This document shows, piece by piece, positions 24,124 to 39,100 of a stretch of 64,000 nucleotides of DNA (position 1 is its first letter; each line of letters starts with the position of its first letter). The notes below the pieces were generated by a model. It worked only from the letters and a program-made list of their open reading frames with translations, had not been told where the DNA came from and did not search any database. The stretch comes from Tubiluchus corallicola (Eukaryota > Animalia > Priapulida): positions 1 to 64,000 of the forward strand of contig JAQGDQ010000379.1 of the NCBI GenBank assembly GCA_030141605.1, given 5' to 3'. The translations under genes were made by a program, and so were the position numbers.

Positions 24124-27100
24124 CTGCAAAATAAACAATACATATAGCCAGCAAAATTATTTATATAGCTATGCTATAGTATTTTGCAAATCAGGTCAGC
24201 CAGAAATAATATCATTTAATTTTCCATCGCACATCATTTTAATTAAGACGCTAAAAAACTATTAAACAACTGTACAAATACAGCTATGTAATCTGTAACC
24301 ACTGACAAAAAATCATGTTATTTATAGTAATTTTGAGGCTGTGCGTGTTTTAGGGTATTGCTTTTGAACAATGTAGATTATTTGTTTGCAATGAAAAGTA
24401 GCATGCATAAAATATAGTTTAATAAACAAGGTACAGCTAGCAAACTGTCTAAAAAGTGCTGTTAGTTATACAAACAACAATGCACATAAATTCAGTTACA
24501 TACATAGTACATATAAATTGTATGTAAGTAAACCATTAATGGAAACTAAAATTCTCATACTTGGAAAAAAGTTCTACATACTTAGAAAAAATACGTATGT
24601 AAACTAGATTGATAAAGCATGCGTAAAATGCAAATCTGTGCAAACTACAGCACCCAACCAAGTCAAAAATAATGCAAATTTCTGTATATCTCAAACAGCA
24701 GTATGTTAATTAACTATAGGCCTGTAAATTAAAGCGCCTAAACTAACGATATATAATCTAGAAACAAGTTTAATAATACACATGATACAACACAAAATTG
24801 GTTTTATAAATGCGTATTGAATTATCATAAATTCAAGTCACTAAAACTTGATACGATATCTGGATATCATACAAATATGAAAACGGCATTCCCTTTGAAA
24901 ATTAGTGCATAATACTCTTAAAAAATGTTTTAGCTATAAACTATGAGCAAATGAATCTCATGCATCTGAATAAAGTAAAATAAAAATATTCAGTATAGGC
25001 AACATGCACGAGGTTTTCTTTTTGCTACAATAAAGAACAACTTGAAGCAACTATTGTAATGCTTAGCAATCACTTCACTCAAAATGCACTTTTTGCATGC
25101 GTACTCTGAAAATCTTTAAGCAAATACATATAAAAACTCTTCATAATCATGCATTTTCAGATTGTCAACCTTACCTTAAACTCGTCACTTTCTCCTAGAC
25201 AATACAAACCAACAGATAAATGAACGCTCTAACTTAAGGATGAGAAAAAGTTAAAAAATCACTATAAAATCAAATTTCACAGCAGAAAGAAAATATTGCC
25301 AACAACAATAACAGAAAAACAATCACAGGTACAGTGTAACTTAGTACATGTATTATACTAACAAATAATGGTGCCATCATTTGCACAGAACTGCATTTAA
25401 CACATCTCCCTTCACTGCTTCCATGATAAACTGATAATATATTATCTAAAATTTAAGAGAAAGCTATAAAAAATAAAATATATTGTCGAAATGAACTCAG
25501 TTCACATGAGTAAGAAAAAAATTGTCACAAGGATTCATTCCTGTATTATCAGTTCACCCAACATTACAAAATTTATTAATGCCAAACAGCGAGCCGATAT
25601 GGGCTCTAGCCCATTTCAAAAATAGTTTACATTTTTACAATTTCTGACACTAGGGAATTTCAGTCTCACTAAAAATAACTAAACAACCACAGAAATCATG
25701 CCTATTGCACCTGCTTCAGTGGTTGTTTTTAAATTTTTACATTGCATTGAATGGGAACGCTTACCGTGCATCTTCGTCAGTCGTTCCACCATCCCCACTT
25801 GCATCTAGAGAAAAAAAAGTAATATGAAATAAAAAATTAAGATCTCTATACATTCAATCACTGAGTGAAATATGAGGCAATACTGCAACGGAAGGCAGAA
25901 AAATGTCAAGACCAAACAGAATCTGTGTGTGACATGTAAGACCTGAGTTATTCTACCAGTGTGAAGGACCTCACAAAAAGGCAGCTCACCTCTCTTTTTT
26001 TTCTAGGTTATTCCACATTTTTAGGTAGGATAAGTTCTAGCTTAACTAATGCTAATCAGCAAAACACAATGCTAAGTGACTGTTAAAGCTATCTTTAAAT
26101 GAAATCACACCAACTGTAAGAAAATTCGTAAATTCATAGACATGCATTTCAGTGGCAGCTAGCTGCTTGGTGCTACAAACTAGGTTGCAGCTCAGCCATG
26201 CCTTCATAACTAATGTTTTTTGTGAGACAATGTTTGCTCTAGCAAGAGACTATGCATCTGTCCTTCAGACAACATTATACTGTGTGAAACTGTTCAAAAC
26301 TCAATACCATTTAAAATGCTACTTATTAACCACTTGACAAATTGACCTTACTAATTTTTTAGAAGACAAAAATAACGCTTTAACACTTCAAGAAATGTAA
26401 AACAAAATTGTTGTTAAAATGTGGTATTACTTCAAATAAGATCAAAAATTTGTTACTAAAAAGAAAATGATCTGTAATATTTCTTTTTCTAAAGATGTCA
26501 TTACTAAAATACTGTTTGCTAAACATATTGCATTTATGAATGGTTTGGAATGTCCCCACAAACAGTTTTTCATCATCTACTTAAATTGAATTGTACTTAC
26601 CTTTAGCATGCCTGGTCTTTCTGTCGTATTTCTGACCACTCACGTTAGAATCAGATTTTTTCAGGCCACCAGAACTTGAACCAGAGTTCCTTCTCGAAGA
26701 ACCTCTTGACCCAGTTTTCAGCCTCCCTACGACCAACGTTATTTTACCCATGCACGTCTACAAAGTAATAAATCAAAGCATTATTTATCATTTTGAAGTA
26801 CACCTTATAAAATTCTAAATGTTATCTAGTAAATAGTCCTATTATACCCACAAGAAATCTTATAAATTACGAGGAAAAGTTACCTTAAGAATGGCAGCTG
26901 CATCTTCTTGTGTGGCATTTCTTAAATCTTCACCATTTACATTCAGTATTTGATCACCTTGCATGAGACGTCCATCAGCTTCTGCTGCACCTCCTTTCAC
27001 CTTATTGAATAATAAAACTTATGAGTAACAATATTCAGAAATATGGTTGTTAAATATCATTATTCGATGAGTGTTTATAGGTTACTTATGCAAGTGCATA

Positions 27101-30100
27101 GCAGCTGGTGTTATAGGGTTATTGATTTTTCCTGCCATCTTGTATAGTTCAGTTTTATAAGCAAACTTTTTTGTGTGGGAATATGCCAAAGCATGATATT
27201 TCCTTATTTCTGCTAAACATTGTATCGGCTGGCACAACTGGAAAAATCATTCATCTAGTGTTTTGTGTACTTCCTAGTTTAGTGAGGCGTAACAGCAGAT
27301 TTGTAAAAAAAGGTAAGGTTAAAGTAGAGGGCGGAACACCCAGTCTTAAAGCGGAGGCAAGCAGAAACAACTGAACTACCTCTGTGATTTTGGCATACAG
27401 AGAACATAGTTGCTTATCATTGTAATTCACTGGATTAGAAAACTAAATTGTGTCCTTTAGTTTTAGAATATTGGACATAAATGATTGGAATAAACAAAAA
27501 TCAGTAGTGCTCAAGCCTGTAGTCGAAGCTGTTTCTGTTAACTTCAACTATTAACTCTTATTTCTGTTAACATTAACAATCGTGACTAAATCACAATATA
27601 CTGGATCTCTACAACACTGTAACAAACTACAAAAGCTCTTATTAGTTCATCATCTAAATATATTATTAGAAGCACTGCAGCCTGTAAACTAATATAAACC
27701 TGTTTTTCTTTTTATTTCTTACTGCTGATGTTTTACTAAATGCACTGATTGGGTTTATATTGTGTATAATTTATGTATTTTGTTTTATACATTCTGAACA
27801 AATTGTGATATTTAAATGTTTTTTAAACTGTGTAATTGTGTGATTTCTAAATCAGATTTTGTGTCTCAGTATTTTTAACGCTTCCAGTGTGCAACATTTG
27901 TGTAATGTTTTTGCCTTCATTTTATTTTGTGGACCACTGTGGAATAAAACGTTATCCACGTTAAATAAAGAATTAATAACAATAAGACAGATCATTTTCT
28001 TGTAAACCTAACAAATGATCCAAAGTTATTGATGAGAAGTAGTAAAAAATCAAATTTGTGAATGAAATGCAACAAGGATGCCAATAAAATCAGACAAACA
28101 TTGGCATTTTTAAAGTCTAGGATATTGCTTTAGGAACAGTATAAGTCTATAAGAGATATTTTGTGATAATCAAAGTGACAATATTTTTTATGCTTTTAAT
28201 CAATGTGAAATGATAACAAATAACTTAACTTTTAATTCATTTATAATTTCAATTTTCAAAAGGGTGTTTTCAACAAACGCATTGAATCATTCTGCCTTAT
28301 CACTTTATGTACAGGAATATTTCGAATGACCTGACAGCAGCCAAAACGTAACTACTGAAGAAAATTGATAAAATGACACTCTGTCTGAAGTAAACAAAAC
28401 CACAAAGCGTGCTCCACACACTTCATTCGGTAAATAGGTACATTTTCACTTTTTACTCGTACATTGTCTAATGCAAAGGAACACTAGTGCAGGGAAGGAT
28501 CATTTGCAAGTAACAGGATAAAAACAAAATACATTACTGCCAATGTAGTATTACCCATGATAACACAGAACCATTTCTGAAAAGATCAAAAAATTAAGGT
28601 AAGTAGTCTGACAACTCTGCTTATATATGAAAATCTTACCACGTCACTGATAAAGACGCCAGTGTCATTTCTTCGTCCAACTATGCTCAAACCCAAACCT
28701 TTGCCGTGTTTCTTTATTAACTCTACTGTGAACACATCATACAATTCCTCATCCTTTAACTGCGCATCATCGCGATACACAAGAAGCCGAACTCTGTTGG
28801 GAGTTTGTCTCAACACTTGAATGGCACGATCGTGTGATGCATCTCTTAGATCTTCACTATTTACCTAGATTTTAAAGTACAACTTACTTCAAGTCACTTC
28901 TAACTTATCTAACTTAGAATAATAGATATTAAGTAAACTAAATGCCTACAATACAAAATAAACATCTGGAGAGAATAAATAACTGAGTAGTCACAGTGGA
29001 TGATTACTGCAACAAATAATAAATAAAAAATTAATCTACCTCTAGTATCTGATCGCCGGGCTGTAGTCGACCATCCCTTGCAGCTGCACCATCTTCGTAT
29101 ACTTCGTGTATGATAATCGCTCCCTATAACAGCAGTACTTATGAGTTATGAAGTTATTAACAGAAAAGTAATGGTTTATTAGCTAAATTACAACATCCAC
29201 ATGTTTCGTTCTCAAGTGAGCATTGGAAGCATTTATCTCATTAGGTAAAGACTCCTACGCTTTCTGCATTATCAAGTTATGTATGTAACATGTTAGGACA
29301 TTAATTTAGCTACTTAACTACTAACACATAAACATGTAAACTCTAACTTAAAGGTTACAGTCATTACACTGACAAAAAATGTACGGTTTCTATTTCTAAT
29401 ATCAAATGCGCACTAAGTTTTCAAATGTCAGTCAGTTGCACTAGCCATTGTCAACTGCTGGTTTATTTACAAACCAGGTTTGATATATTATTGAATATTC
29501 TAAAGCACGACTTTACAAAAACTTACAACGTCTGTAAGAAAATTCCTAAGTGGTATTTCAAAGCATTCTACAGAAAACTTCTACGAAGATTTGCAAATTA
29601 GAAAGCTAGTTAAACACCAGGTAACTCTGCAATCATTCACAAGAAAGCGCTCATATGACCGCCGATAAATCTGGCAGTTGGTCTCTCAAATGCAATACAG
29701 CCTATAAGACTGGCAATCACAAATATCTTGATTATTCAATTTCTGAAAGGGGTAGCAAAGTTTCTCTGGTAACACTGACACCACAATCATAAAGAACAAT
29801 CACTGTAGATTTATAATATATGTAAGATTCGAAAAACTGCAGAAATATTGTGCATTACTTACTAAAAGCGTGTCAGAGCCACCAACAATGCTCAAGCCCA
29901 ACCCCGTTTTGCCTTTAGAGATCTCAATCAAAACATCACGTCCCGGTTTGATGACACAAGTCACAGGGTCACCAGGTGGACTGTCTGGTCTTGGCACGGG
30001 ACCGGATGCTTTAACAGCTAGAAAAAACAACCACAGATTCAGAAATTTTAATATAAATATGAAAAAGTTCTACAACACTCAGCATTTAGCAATTCTACCA

Positions 30101-33100
30101 TGCATCTGTAATGACAATCATTATTTCATTTAACACAGAAATATATTGCTGCAATTTTCCTTATAAAGTTAAAAACATTTTGACATACAAAAAAACCATG
30201 TCTGGCTTACTAATAAACTAGTCGAAAATGTGAAACGTTACGTTACTCGCAAAACAACAGCAACAACAAAAACATTTTGCACAATGTTGAAATGATAAAT
30301 GCTGATAAATCCATCCGCTAATAAATGTGATGACAAATGGTGCACAAACATTCTACACAGTCTTTGGTTACTCCTAAAATAACGGTAATAAGCTAAATGT
30401 TTGGTTGTCATAGATGCTAATTTTTGTGAAAATTTGAAATGTGCATTGTTTGCCTCGTAATGGTAAAATGGCAAAATTGTGTATTACATAAAGAACAACA
30501 GCAAGAACAAGGCCTTCGCCACAGCGAAACAAATATGTTTAAAAAACAAAGGTTACATTGCAAGTTAGCAACCCAACAAAAAGTTTTAAGTCAACGTCCT
30601 GGGTTAAAAACTAACTGTCTTACTGCTCTTTCTACATAAAATACAAAACTTTTGCTCAAAATACAGTATAATACATATTACCTAAACACTGCTGGTATAC
30701 GACTCTACTGTGTCATCATTTATACGTAGTCACTGCTTAGTAAAATCACTATGGGACCAGCAATAAGAGGTCTTAAAAGGTGGACGTTTTATTATATGGC
30801 AGCCTGTTGCAAGTGTATGTATTTGGCAAACTACAGTACGCTAACGCTTCACCCTAATTAATAGTGGATACATATGCATAAGTTGTTCATTTGCACCACC
30901 TTTACTTTTAACATCCATTCTGTAAAAACACATTTATGAATTGGTTGTCAATTCTAGCTAATTGTAGTTAGTTTTATTGTTCATTTTCGTAACCAAGGGA
31001 AGCTTTTGCGAGACACTTCTAATTGCATTTATTTTTCACTTCGATATTGCATTTGTCGCCTGTTACTGAAAAATGTGCTCTTATTAAAAAGCACACTGAT
31101 TTTGTTAGCGGAATTTTCTTAACAATAATTTCTACAGGGACAATTCTGGACAATGCACAAACAGTTCTAAAATACGTCTGGTTTTATTAGTAGTGACTAC
31201 TACACTAGGTTTTTGTTCTTTGTTTCTTGCTCCAACTATAATGACTTACACAGTTTTACACCTTGCTGATCATCGTCTAATTGTTGACTGTGTTGGCTAC
31301 TTTGCTGGTGGTTGATATATGATTACAAAATAAATATCTGGCTTCTAACCACAAGAACTACATACACAATTATTATATGTATCATGATTACATATACATA
31401 CATACATATGTACATATATACAACTATAGTATATATACAACTCTAGTATATATACAACTATACTAGAAAACAATGACAATATGAATAAGCCAACTTACCA
31501 CCAGGAGATTTTGGTGATTTAGGTGAACTGGCTACTTGGTTACCCAAATGTTGTTGTGAGGCACTGATTGTCAGTCGAACGGGATTATCGGCTCTTTTTA
31601 GTATCTCTAATGCCTGTAGAATAGTATCTCTATTTTAATTTTCCACAGTTAAATTTAATAACAAAAATTCATTAAATGGAAAATATGTACAGATGATACG
31701 CATTGAACAAAGAACAAATAAAGAATACATATGACTTTACAATCAAAGTTAAATTCAAAGCATCCAAAATACATCAGAATACAAAGGTTCTAACTCACCC
31801 TATCATAATCTATTTCGATAAGTGGGTCATCATTCACAGCAAGTAATCTATCCCCAATGCTGATATTACCAGCTTGATCAGCTGGTCCATTTTTCTCCAC
31901 ACTTCTCACATAGATGCCACTGTTACCCATACCATCACCGTCTTGAACTGTCAAGCCAAGGCCCATACCAGACTAGAACGGCACAACAACAAATTTTATA
32001 ACGCTGGTCTTCAAGTGGTAAAGTCCTGTATTTCACACAATATGTAGAAGAAAATAGAACAGACCAGAATGCAAAAGGAATAAAATAAGTGATTAGATAT
32101 TTATCTTTAGATGAATATTTAGATCAATAAGCTTTGAGATGGTATGCTACTGCACAACAACTCATTACTTTCAAGAGACCATATAATTTTCTTCAAAACA
32201 ACAAGATTTTTCCGGGTTGACAGATCATACTTATTATTACCAGTGAATCAAAACTCTATTACAGTAGATTCAAGGCTACTTATACACATAGTAATAATGT
32301 TAACATTTAACTGAAGTTAAACAGTTTGTTTACCCGTTTCTTTAAGACTAATGTTGAAACATTGGGAAATTCAGCAGGGAAATTGGGAACAACAGCTTCC
32401 TGGCCTCCCGCACTATCAACCTAAAATTAATGAATAAAGTGAATCACAGTTGCAGTATTCGTGAACACTGTTGCCTTCTAACAGTTAAAACTTGAACAGC
32501 TGCAGCAATAAACCACTGAAAAATGTTACCATAAACAAGTAATCAAGAATTAAACATACAAACATTGTGCAAACCTTTGCAGGAATACTCCCATAGAATT
32601 TAATAGGCTTTACGGCAAGTTCTTCCAGCGGTTCGTCTCTCCTGTAAAATAAATAATGAACAGAAGTTAAAGAATGATATTTAATTTATGAAAATAAAAG
32701 TAATTAATTTCATCAAGATCTGTAATATATAGAGCAGAATTCATTTTCATTTTTCTTCTTTATATGATTATTCAAAACATTAATTTGGTTTTAGGGACAT
32801 ACGGTCTTTGCAGTTTAAGTAAAACCATAAATTAGTTCAACCATAAACTAATGCCATGATGTCAAAATATTTTAATTTTAATTAAAGAGCCAAGAGATAG
32901 ACATCTGTAATGGCCTGGTTTTTTGAAGCCTGGTCCAGTCCATGTTCGCCAATTAGACGACAAATTCCGATGCGACCTCAAACTCAATAACTTTAAGGCT
33001 CATACCCGGGCTGCCCCATCGCGAAAAATCAATGGAAGCTCGTCTGAAAATCCAGCACCAGCTCTTACACATCAGCAAATCACTGTTCCTACACCATCTG

Positions 33101-36100
33101 TAGAGTAGTAGGTAACTTGTGCATAAACTGGATCAATTAAGAGAGTGGCTGTGTGCTTAACCTGCACCTCTGTAGAGTAGTAGGTAACTTGTGCATAAAC
33201 TGGATCAATTAAGAGTGTGGCTGTGTGCTTAACCTGCACCATCTGTAGAGTAGCAGGTAACTTGTGCATAAACTGGATCAATTAAGAGTGTGGCTGTGTG
33301 CTCAACCTGCACCTCTGTAGAGTAGTAGGTAACTTGTGCATAAACTGGATCAATTAAGAGTGTGGCTGTGTGCTTAACCTGCACCATCTGTAGAGTAGCA
33401 GGTAACTTGTGCATAAACTGGATCAATTAAGAGTGTGGCTGTGTGCTCAACCTGCACCTCTGTAGAGTAGTAGGTAACTTGTGCATAAACTGGATCAATT
33501 AAGAGTGTGGCTGTGTGCTTAACCTGCACCTCAGTAAAAATTAAGCCTGTATCTGATCATACCCGTCTTATTGCCCTATAATCCAGCTTTTACCCAAATG
33601 CTCATGCAGGCCTCTAATTCAAGTTATAGGGTTAAACGTATTAAAATTTTATTTCAATATTTTAAGCTGAGTAAGAATCAGATTTTGTAAAAAATTAAAG
33701 AAACAGTTCTTGGCAAACGCTTTTGCAGCTACTCATCTTACAGACCAGAAATTTAATCATCAATACAGCGGTATGAATGCCGCTCCTTTATCCCACTTAA
33801 TCATTACTCAAGTGCCAAAAATAATCAGCAACGATAGTGAAACACCGTGCCAAAGAATCAGACTGAAAACAAAATCTGCATGTCTGAGCAAACTGCAATC
33901 TAACGAACGAAATTAATTTTAAACAAAAAAATATCATTCTAGTTAAGGTCAAAGTACCTTAGTAATATAATTTTCACTAAATTGCCTTTTAGTCCTTTTA
34001 TCATAGCTGATGCATTGAGATGGCTTCGTCCATACAAGACCAATCCATTCACCTAAACAAATAATACAATCTAAATAGCATTTTAATGATTTCTGGATTA
34101 TGCAAATACTCAACGGCTTTTTAATCAAGCAGTTTGGGTGAAATGTTTGCTCAAACAGAAAGCAAATTGCTGATTTAAACTAATAGTATTCTGCCTGTAA
34201 GGAGAAAATCTAGACATGACTGGGTTCAGCAAACGACTCTCATTGTTATATAAAAACTGCAAAAGAGCAAATTTAAATAATCTTCTTGTATTTAATACAA
34301 ATAAAGTAAGTGGCGTATCACCAACAATTTATTAACAATAAAAAGTTTGCAATCAGATGAAAAATCCAAAAACAAAATGGACTTTGCAGCATCTGTAATT
34401 ATTGTTCTCTATACAGTTGTAACACTGCAAGCTAGAATCAGCACTCAGTGACAGAGTCTTCTACTATTTGATGCTTGAGGTCCTATTAGAATCTAGCTGA
34501 TTGTCAAGGATAATCCACTAAGCTGTGACAGCAAAGGTGTCTTTGAACATCTTGATAGTTATACATCATCCCTCAGAAATAAAAGGGGACATAATCGGAG
34601 ATAAAACTGCCAAAAAGCAGTTTTTCCTATTTGTTACAATGCTAACTATGGTTACCTAATCACTTAGTAATCAAACCTTGTGTTACTTACTTTTAGAAAC
34701 CACATACACACCATACCACTGCGTGCAACAAAGATGTAAAATTTGATGCAAATTTGCAAAATTCTTACTTCTAAAAGTTCATCACCAATTTTGATTCTTT
34801 CGTCTTTAGCTGCCGCACCATCCGGATGCACCCCAACCACAAAAACGCTCATTTTACTGCGATCTTTATTGCCTGCTAAACTAAGGCCTAAACCCTTGGC
34901 TCCTTTTGTCAGTTCAACAACATGCAAAGCACCAGGTAGATCACCATATTTTGTTTTTATTTTTTCTGAAACAAAACAGTTAATAATCATTAATAGAAAA
35001 CACTGGACTCCCTACAGCTGGTTAAACGAATGGGCAGATTGGGACAAAATTTCGAACGATGAAAGAGCTGACCAAGGCAATGCATGTCGTGTCCTAAAAC
35101 TTTCTGGGGTGAAAGTTTGGTCCATGTTAAGGTTGATCACAGGATATGACTAAACTAAAAAATTCCCATCACTCCCAGTTGTGCAGTGTACTTTGCATTT
35201 AAATGATTTTGCCAAACATCACTGTGCAACAAAACAGGCTGTCAAGTAATACATAAAGCATAGAGCTTAACGATGGAATAAGCATGCAGTTGCTTTCTGT
35301 GTTATTTGTCTAGAGTTTATTAAGCTCTTCATAAAACCATTTTATTTTTGCTGACATTGAAACCAGTCAAGGAGGTTGAAAAATCCAGGACTGAAGCCAG
35401 TGAAGAGATTACAGTCCCTTTCTCAAATCCCACCCTTCCTAATCATTCAAATTACAGGAAGGGGTGAATATGACATCAATCACCTATCATTACACACCAG
35501 CAAATATAGCTAGGTAACAGATATCTCATTCATTTCCTCATTTTGCATTAATTTAAGAAAATACTCGAAACTGTTTGGAGAAAAGAATAAAACACTTTAT
35601 GCATGATTACTGGAAGCATAATGCCACCAGAAATGGAAGATGTTGAAGTACAGTGGTCGTTGCTTGATAAAACTACAGGTAATAAAACCAGCTGCATTTT
35701 AGAACCATTTAAGAATGGTTCAGAATTACCTCCATAGAAACTATTGTTAAGAGAATTCAGTTTATAACACCAGTGTGCCATAATGCTACATTTTTCAGTG
35801 ACAGACGACAAAGGCAATAGCAAATGAAAAAATAAAATGTATTATTGGTAGTTGGCCTGTACTGTGGTTTATCAATTGAGGGTTTACCAGGCTGTAAGAC
35901 AGAAAATAATTTTATCAGGAAAATCTGTAAAATTAAAGGCTTTGAAGCATATGAAGTGTAATAACAGTGATGGCTTCATTGGCCTTATTTTCTGAAAACT
36001 TAGCTAAAGGAAAACAGCACCGAATTTTAACTCACAATTCAAAATTACTAAAGTTATCTTAAGTTTGAGGAACTTGTTAAAATTTGCTGACTTTTTTACT

Positions 36101-39100
36101 GTTATCACGGTAAGACAAAAGTGAATTAAATAATGCTATTTGCAGTAGAGATTACTTGCAATTTTTGATTTCACAATCAACCAACAAACCAATCAGAAAC
36201 ATAATGCAATAGCACCACAAGCAAATCAGTATATTGAGAAGGATAATTAAGGCAATCTGACCCTTCGGTAATGTGCTGCACTAGAATTGAATTAAAGGTT
36301 AGCATTTAATGACTGCCTAAATCATAATGACCGACCGTCACTTATTATTCATGCGGTGAAATTACTGCTAAATCACCGAAGCGTTGCCTTGCTTGATGTA
36401 TTATTAAGCGTGTTTCTCACAGATATAAGAACATAAAGCTTATTCACACTGCATACAGTATAATCAAAATCAAACCAAACAGTACGGATCAAGAAACTAC
36501 GGAAACTTGTTGCCTTCACATACCAAAAAGAAGAGACTGCTCGTACTTGTGGACCACACAGACATGGGTGTACGCGAGGAGGGGGTCAGGTGTAAGATGA
36601 ATTTTACATCTTCAAGATAAAAACTATTTATTTTCGGGGCAAATAACAGTATTGTAGAATTTTCAAATTTATTACTGAATATTAAAAAAATTGCACAGAA
36701 ATAAAATTTATAAGCTCATGGGCTTTAAAATATGTAAAAATAAACTTACAATTTCATTTTTCTAAAAATTTCTGCTAGAAAAATGAAAATATTCATAAAG
36801 TCCAGTTTTGCGAAAAGGTTTTCACAGTCTACATTAAATTTATGCATGTTTGCGTTCACTACAGCATTTAACAATGCTATTGTATCATTTGGAATAAGAA
36901 TTCCAATTAGAAAGAGTTACTATGGAATTGCGTTGCTTCAATTTACTTCATTAAAGGCTCGTGGTTATTATCCTCGGCTTAAATTTGGTTTAAAAAACAC
37001 TTCCATGTTGGCGACGCACGTCGGGGATTGCGAATGGGCCTGAGAAGTTGAGTACCTCTATTCATTTAAATCTGGCCCTGAGTAGGCCTATAAATGTCTT
37101 GTTCTTAGAGGCTTTTGTCAGTCTATATCCTACATAAGTATGTATGTACCTGGCTATTTGCACTTATTTGGAAATGATATAGGCTATGGCAAGTCAGGGT
37201 AAATTCCTTCTGCCCACCCCCCGGCTTTGCGAGACTTCCTCCCATACGCCTATACACATAGGCACAGTTGCCAGACACAGGCTTACAGTCAAATAGAAAT
37301 TATTTTAATTTACATCACAGCTGTCATTTGTGCAATCCAGCTATTTAAATTTTTACGTTCTTATTGGCAAAAAAACCAAGTGAACCGAAGGTCGTCTTTT
37401 CAGGCGGCTGAAGTAAATCATGAAACGCGCATTAAACCTGAGGTCCTAATGAGTTTAATCTCTCTTCCTGAACAGCACTCGCTTTAATCAGGCTGCTTTG
37501 ACACTTGAAGCTGGGATGGTGGCTAAAATGATGCCCTTCAAACTTTTAAAGGTTAGCATTATTTATTGCTCATTTGCAACTACCATCTGCCTTGATTAGT
37601 TACACAATAAAGACAACGAGAAAGACACACTGGGCAGAAAAGACAGCGAGCCGAGACAAAGCAACAATAAACAGACAAAATATGAAGAAGAAAATGAAAA
37701 ACAATGGCCGGTGCTTAGTTACTTACGCACTGATGCTTACATTATCTAATTCTGCAGGATTGGCACCCAGGGATGAATGGGTGACTAGCACGTCCCTCGA
37801 CCACCTTTCTTCCCCAATGCATGATCAGGATTCTGTTAAGCTGAATACACCTATGAAGGTGATCAGAGTTATGTTAAAGCGGAACATAGCTTGAAAATTC
37901 CAATAAAAGCGGGATTCGAATCCAGGCCAAGGCAATTGAGCAAAGAACAAAACAAGAGTCCAGCAGCAAGAAACAGAAAAATTGGAAGTATTTGAACTGC
38001 AGTTACGAAAACAATCAAAAAAAGAGAAACTTAAAAAGACAAGTAAACATTTGCAAGTAAGCATGCAAGTAAACAGCCAAGCAGAAAGGCGACGGATATA
38101 CAACGTGACACACTTTTTTGAGGACATCCGCAAATAGCCGTCGCACTTGCCTGATCGGACACACTAACCAAATACACGAAGAAAATAACTCTGATGATTT
38201 GGTCAAGCACGAGCAAGCAAGCATGCAAACAACAACCAAGCAGATAGACGCTGGATACACAACCTAACGCACTTTTAAGCACATTAACAGCACAGCACGA
38301 AAAATACTTTATCTATAAGAAATTGCGCAAACAGCCGTAGCACTTGCCTGATCGGACACACTAACCAAATCCACTGAAGAGAATAACTAAGTTTGATGAT
38401 TTGGTGAAGCCATAAAGAATTTAGTAGCAGCTAATCAATGAAACAAGTTGCAATTATCGACAGAAGCAAGCAAAGTGATAAGCGGCAGAACACTTTAATT
38501 GAACCCAAAGCAATGTAATTGATGAAGAAAAGTTCAACCATTGAATCAATCACACTAAAAGCACCAAAGACACATTAAACTGACTTAACATTAGGAAATA
38601 TAACACGCCAATTACGCAATTACAAAAAAAGACTTCAACTTACATGCTTTTTCAGCTGCGATGCAAAATGTTAAGCCGAACACGCAAAAACATGTGAAGC
38701 GAACGTTTTTAGCTGCAGAAATCTAACCTATTTCACAAAAATGAAATTTCAAGGATTCGGGTTTAGCAATCTTATCATGTTGTTACATACCCAGACTATC
38801 AGCTAATAAATAAACTGTGGAAAATACCTAATAAAGATTATTAGCTGGACTACACTGCCGCCACGTGGCGTGACTAATGTCATTAAACTAACCACATCTT
38901 GATGGTGGTGGAACCCACTTGGTTCAAACACTCACAACATACTCTACTATAAATACCTCGTACAAACATTAACAAGAAATAAATCTACAGTCACCACAGA
39001 CCTCCAAACATCTAGCGTGAGGCTTAGGTGAAGCCAGGTAATACTTCCAGTTACCATGGAAACGCTGGGAAAAACTTGAATTAAAAAAGCCTGGCAAACA

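Noticed and set aside
33072-33426. Repetitive ORFs ([22 protein letters not shown])
   Set aside because: Translation of the 72/73-bp minisatellite. The frame shifts every dimer and there are no splice signals.
34743-35153. 136-aa plus-strand ORF
   Set aside because: Antisense shadow of the PDZ8 exon.
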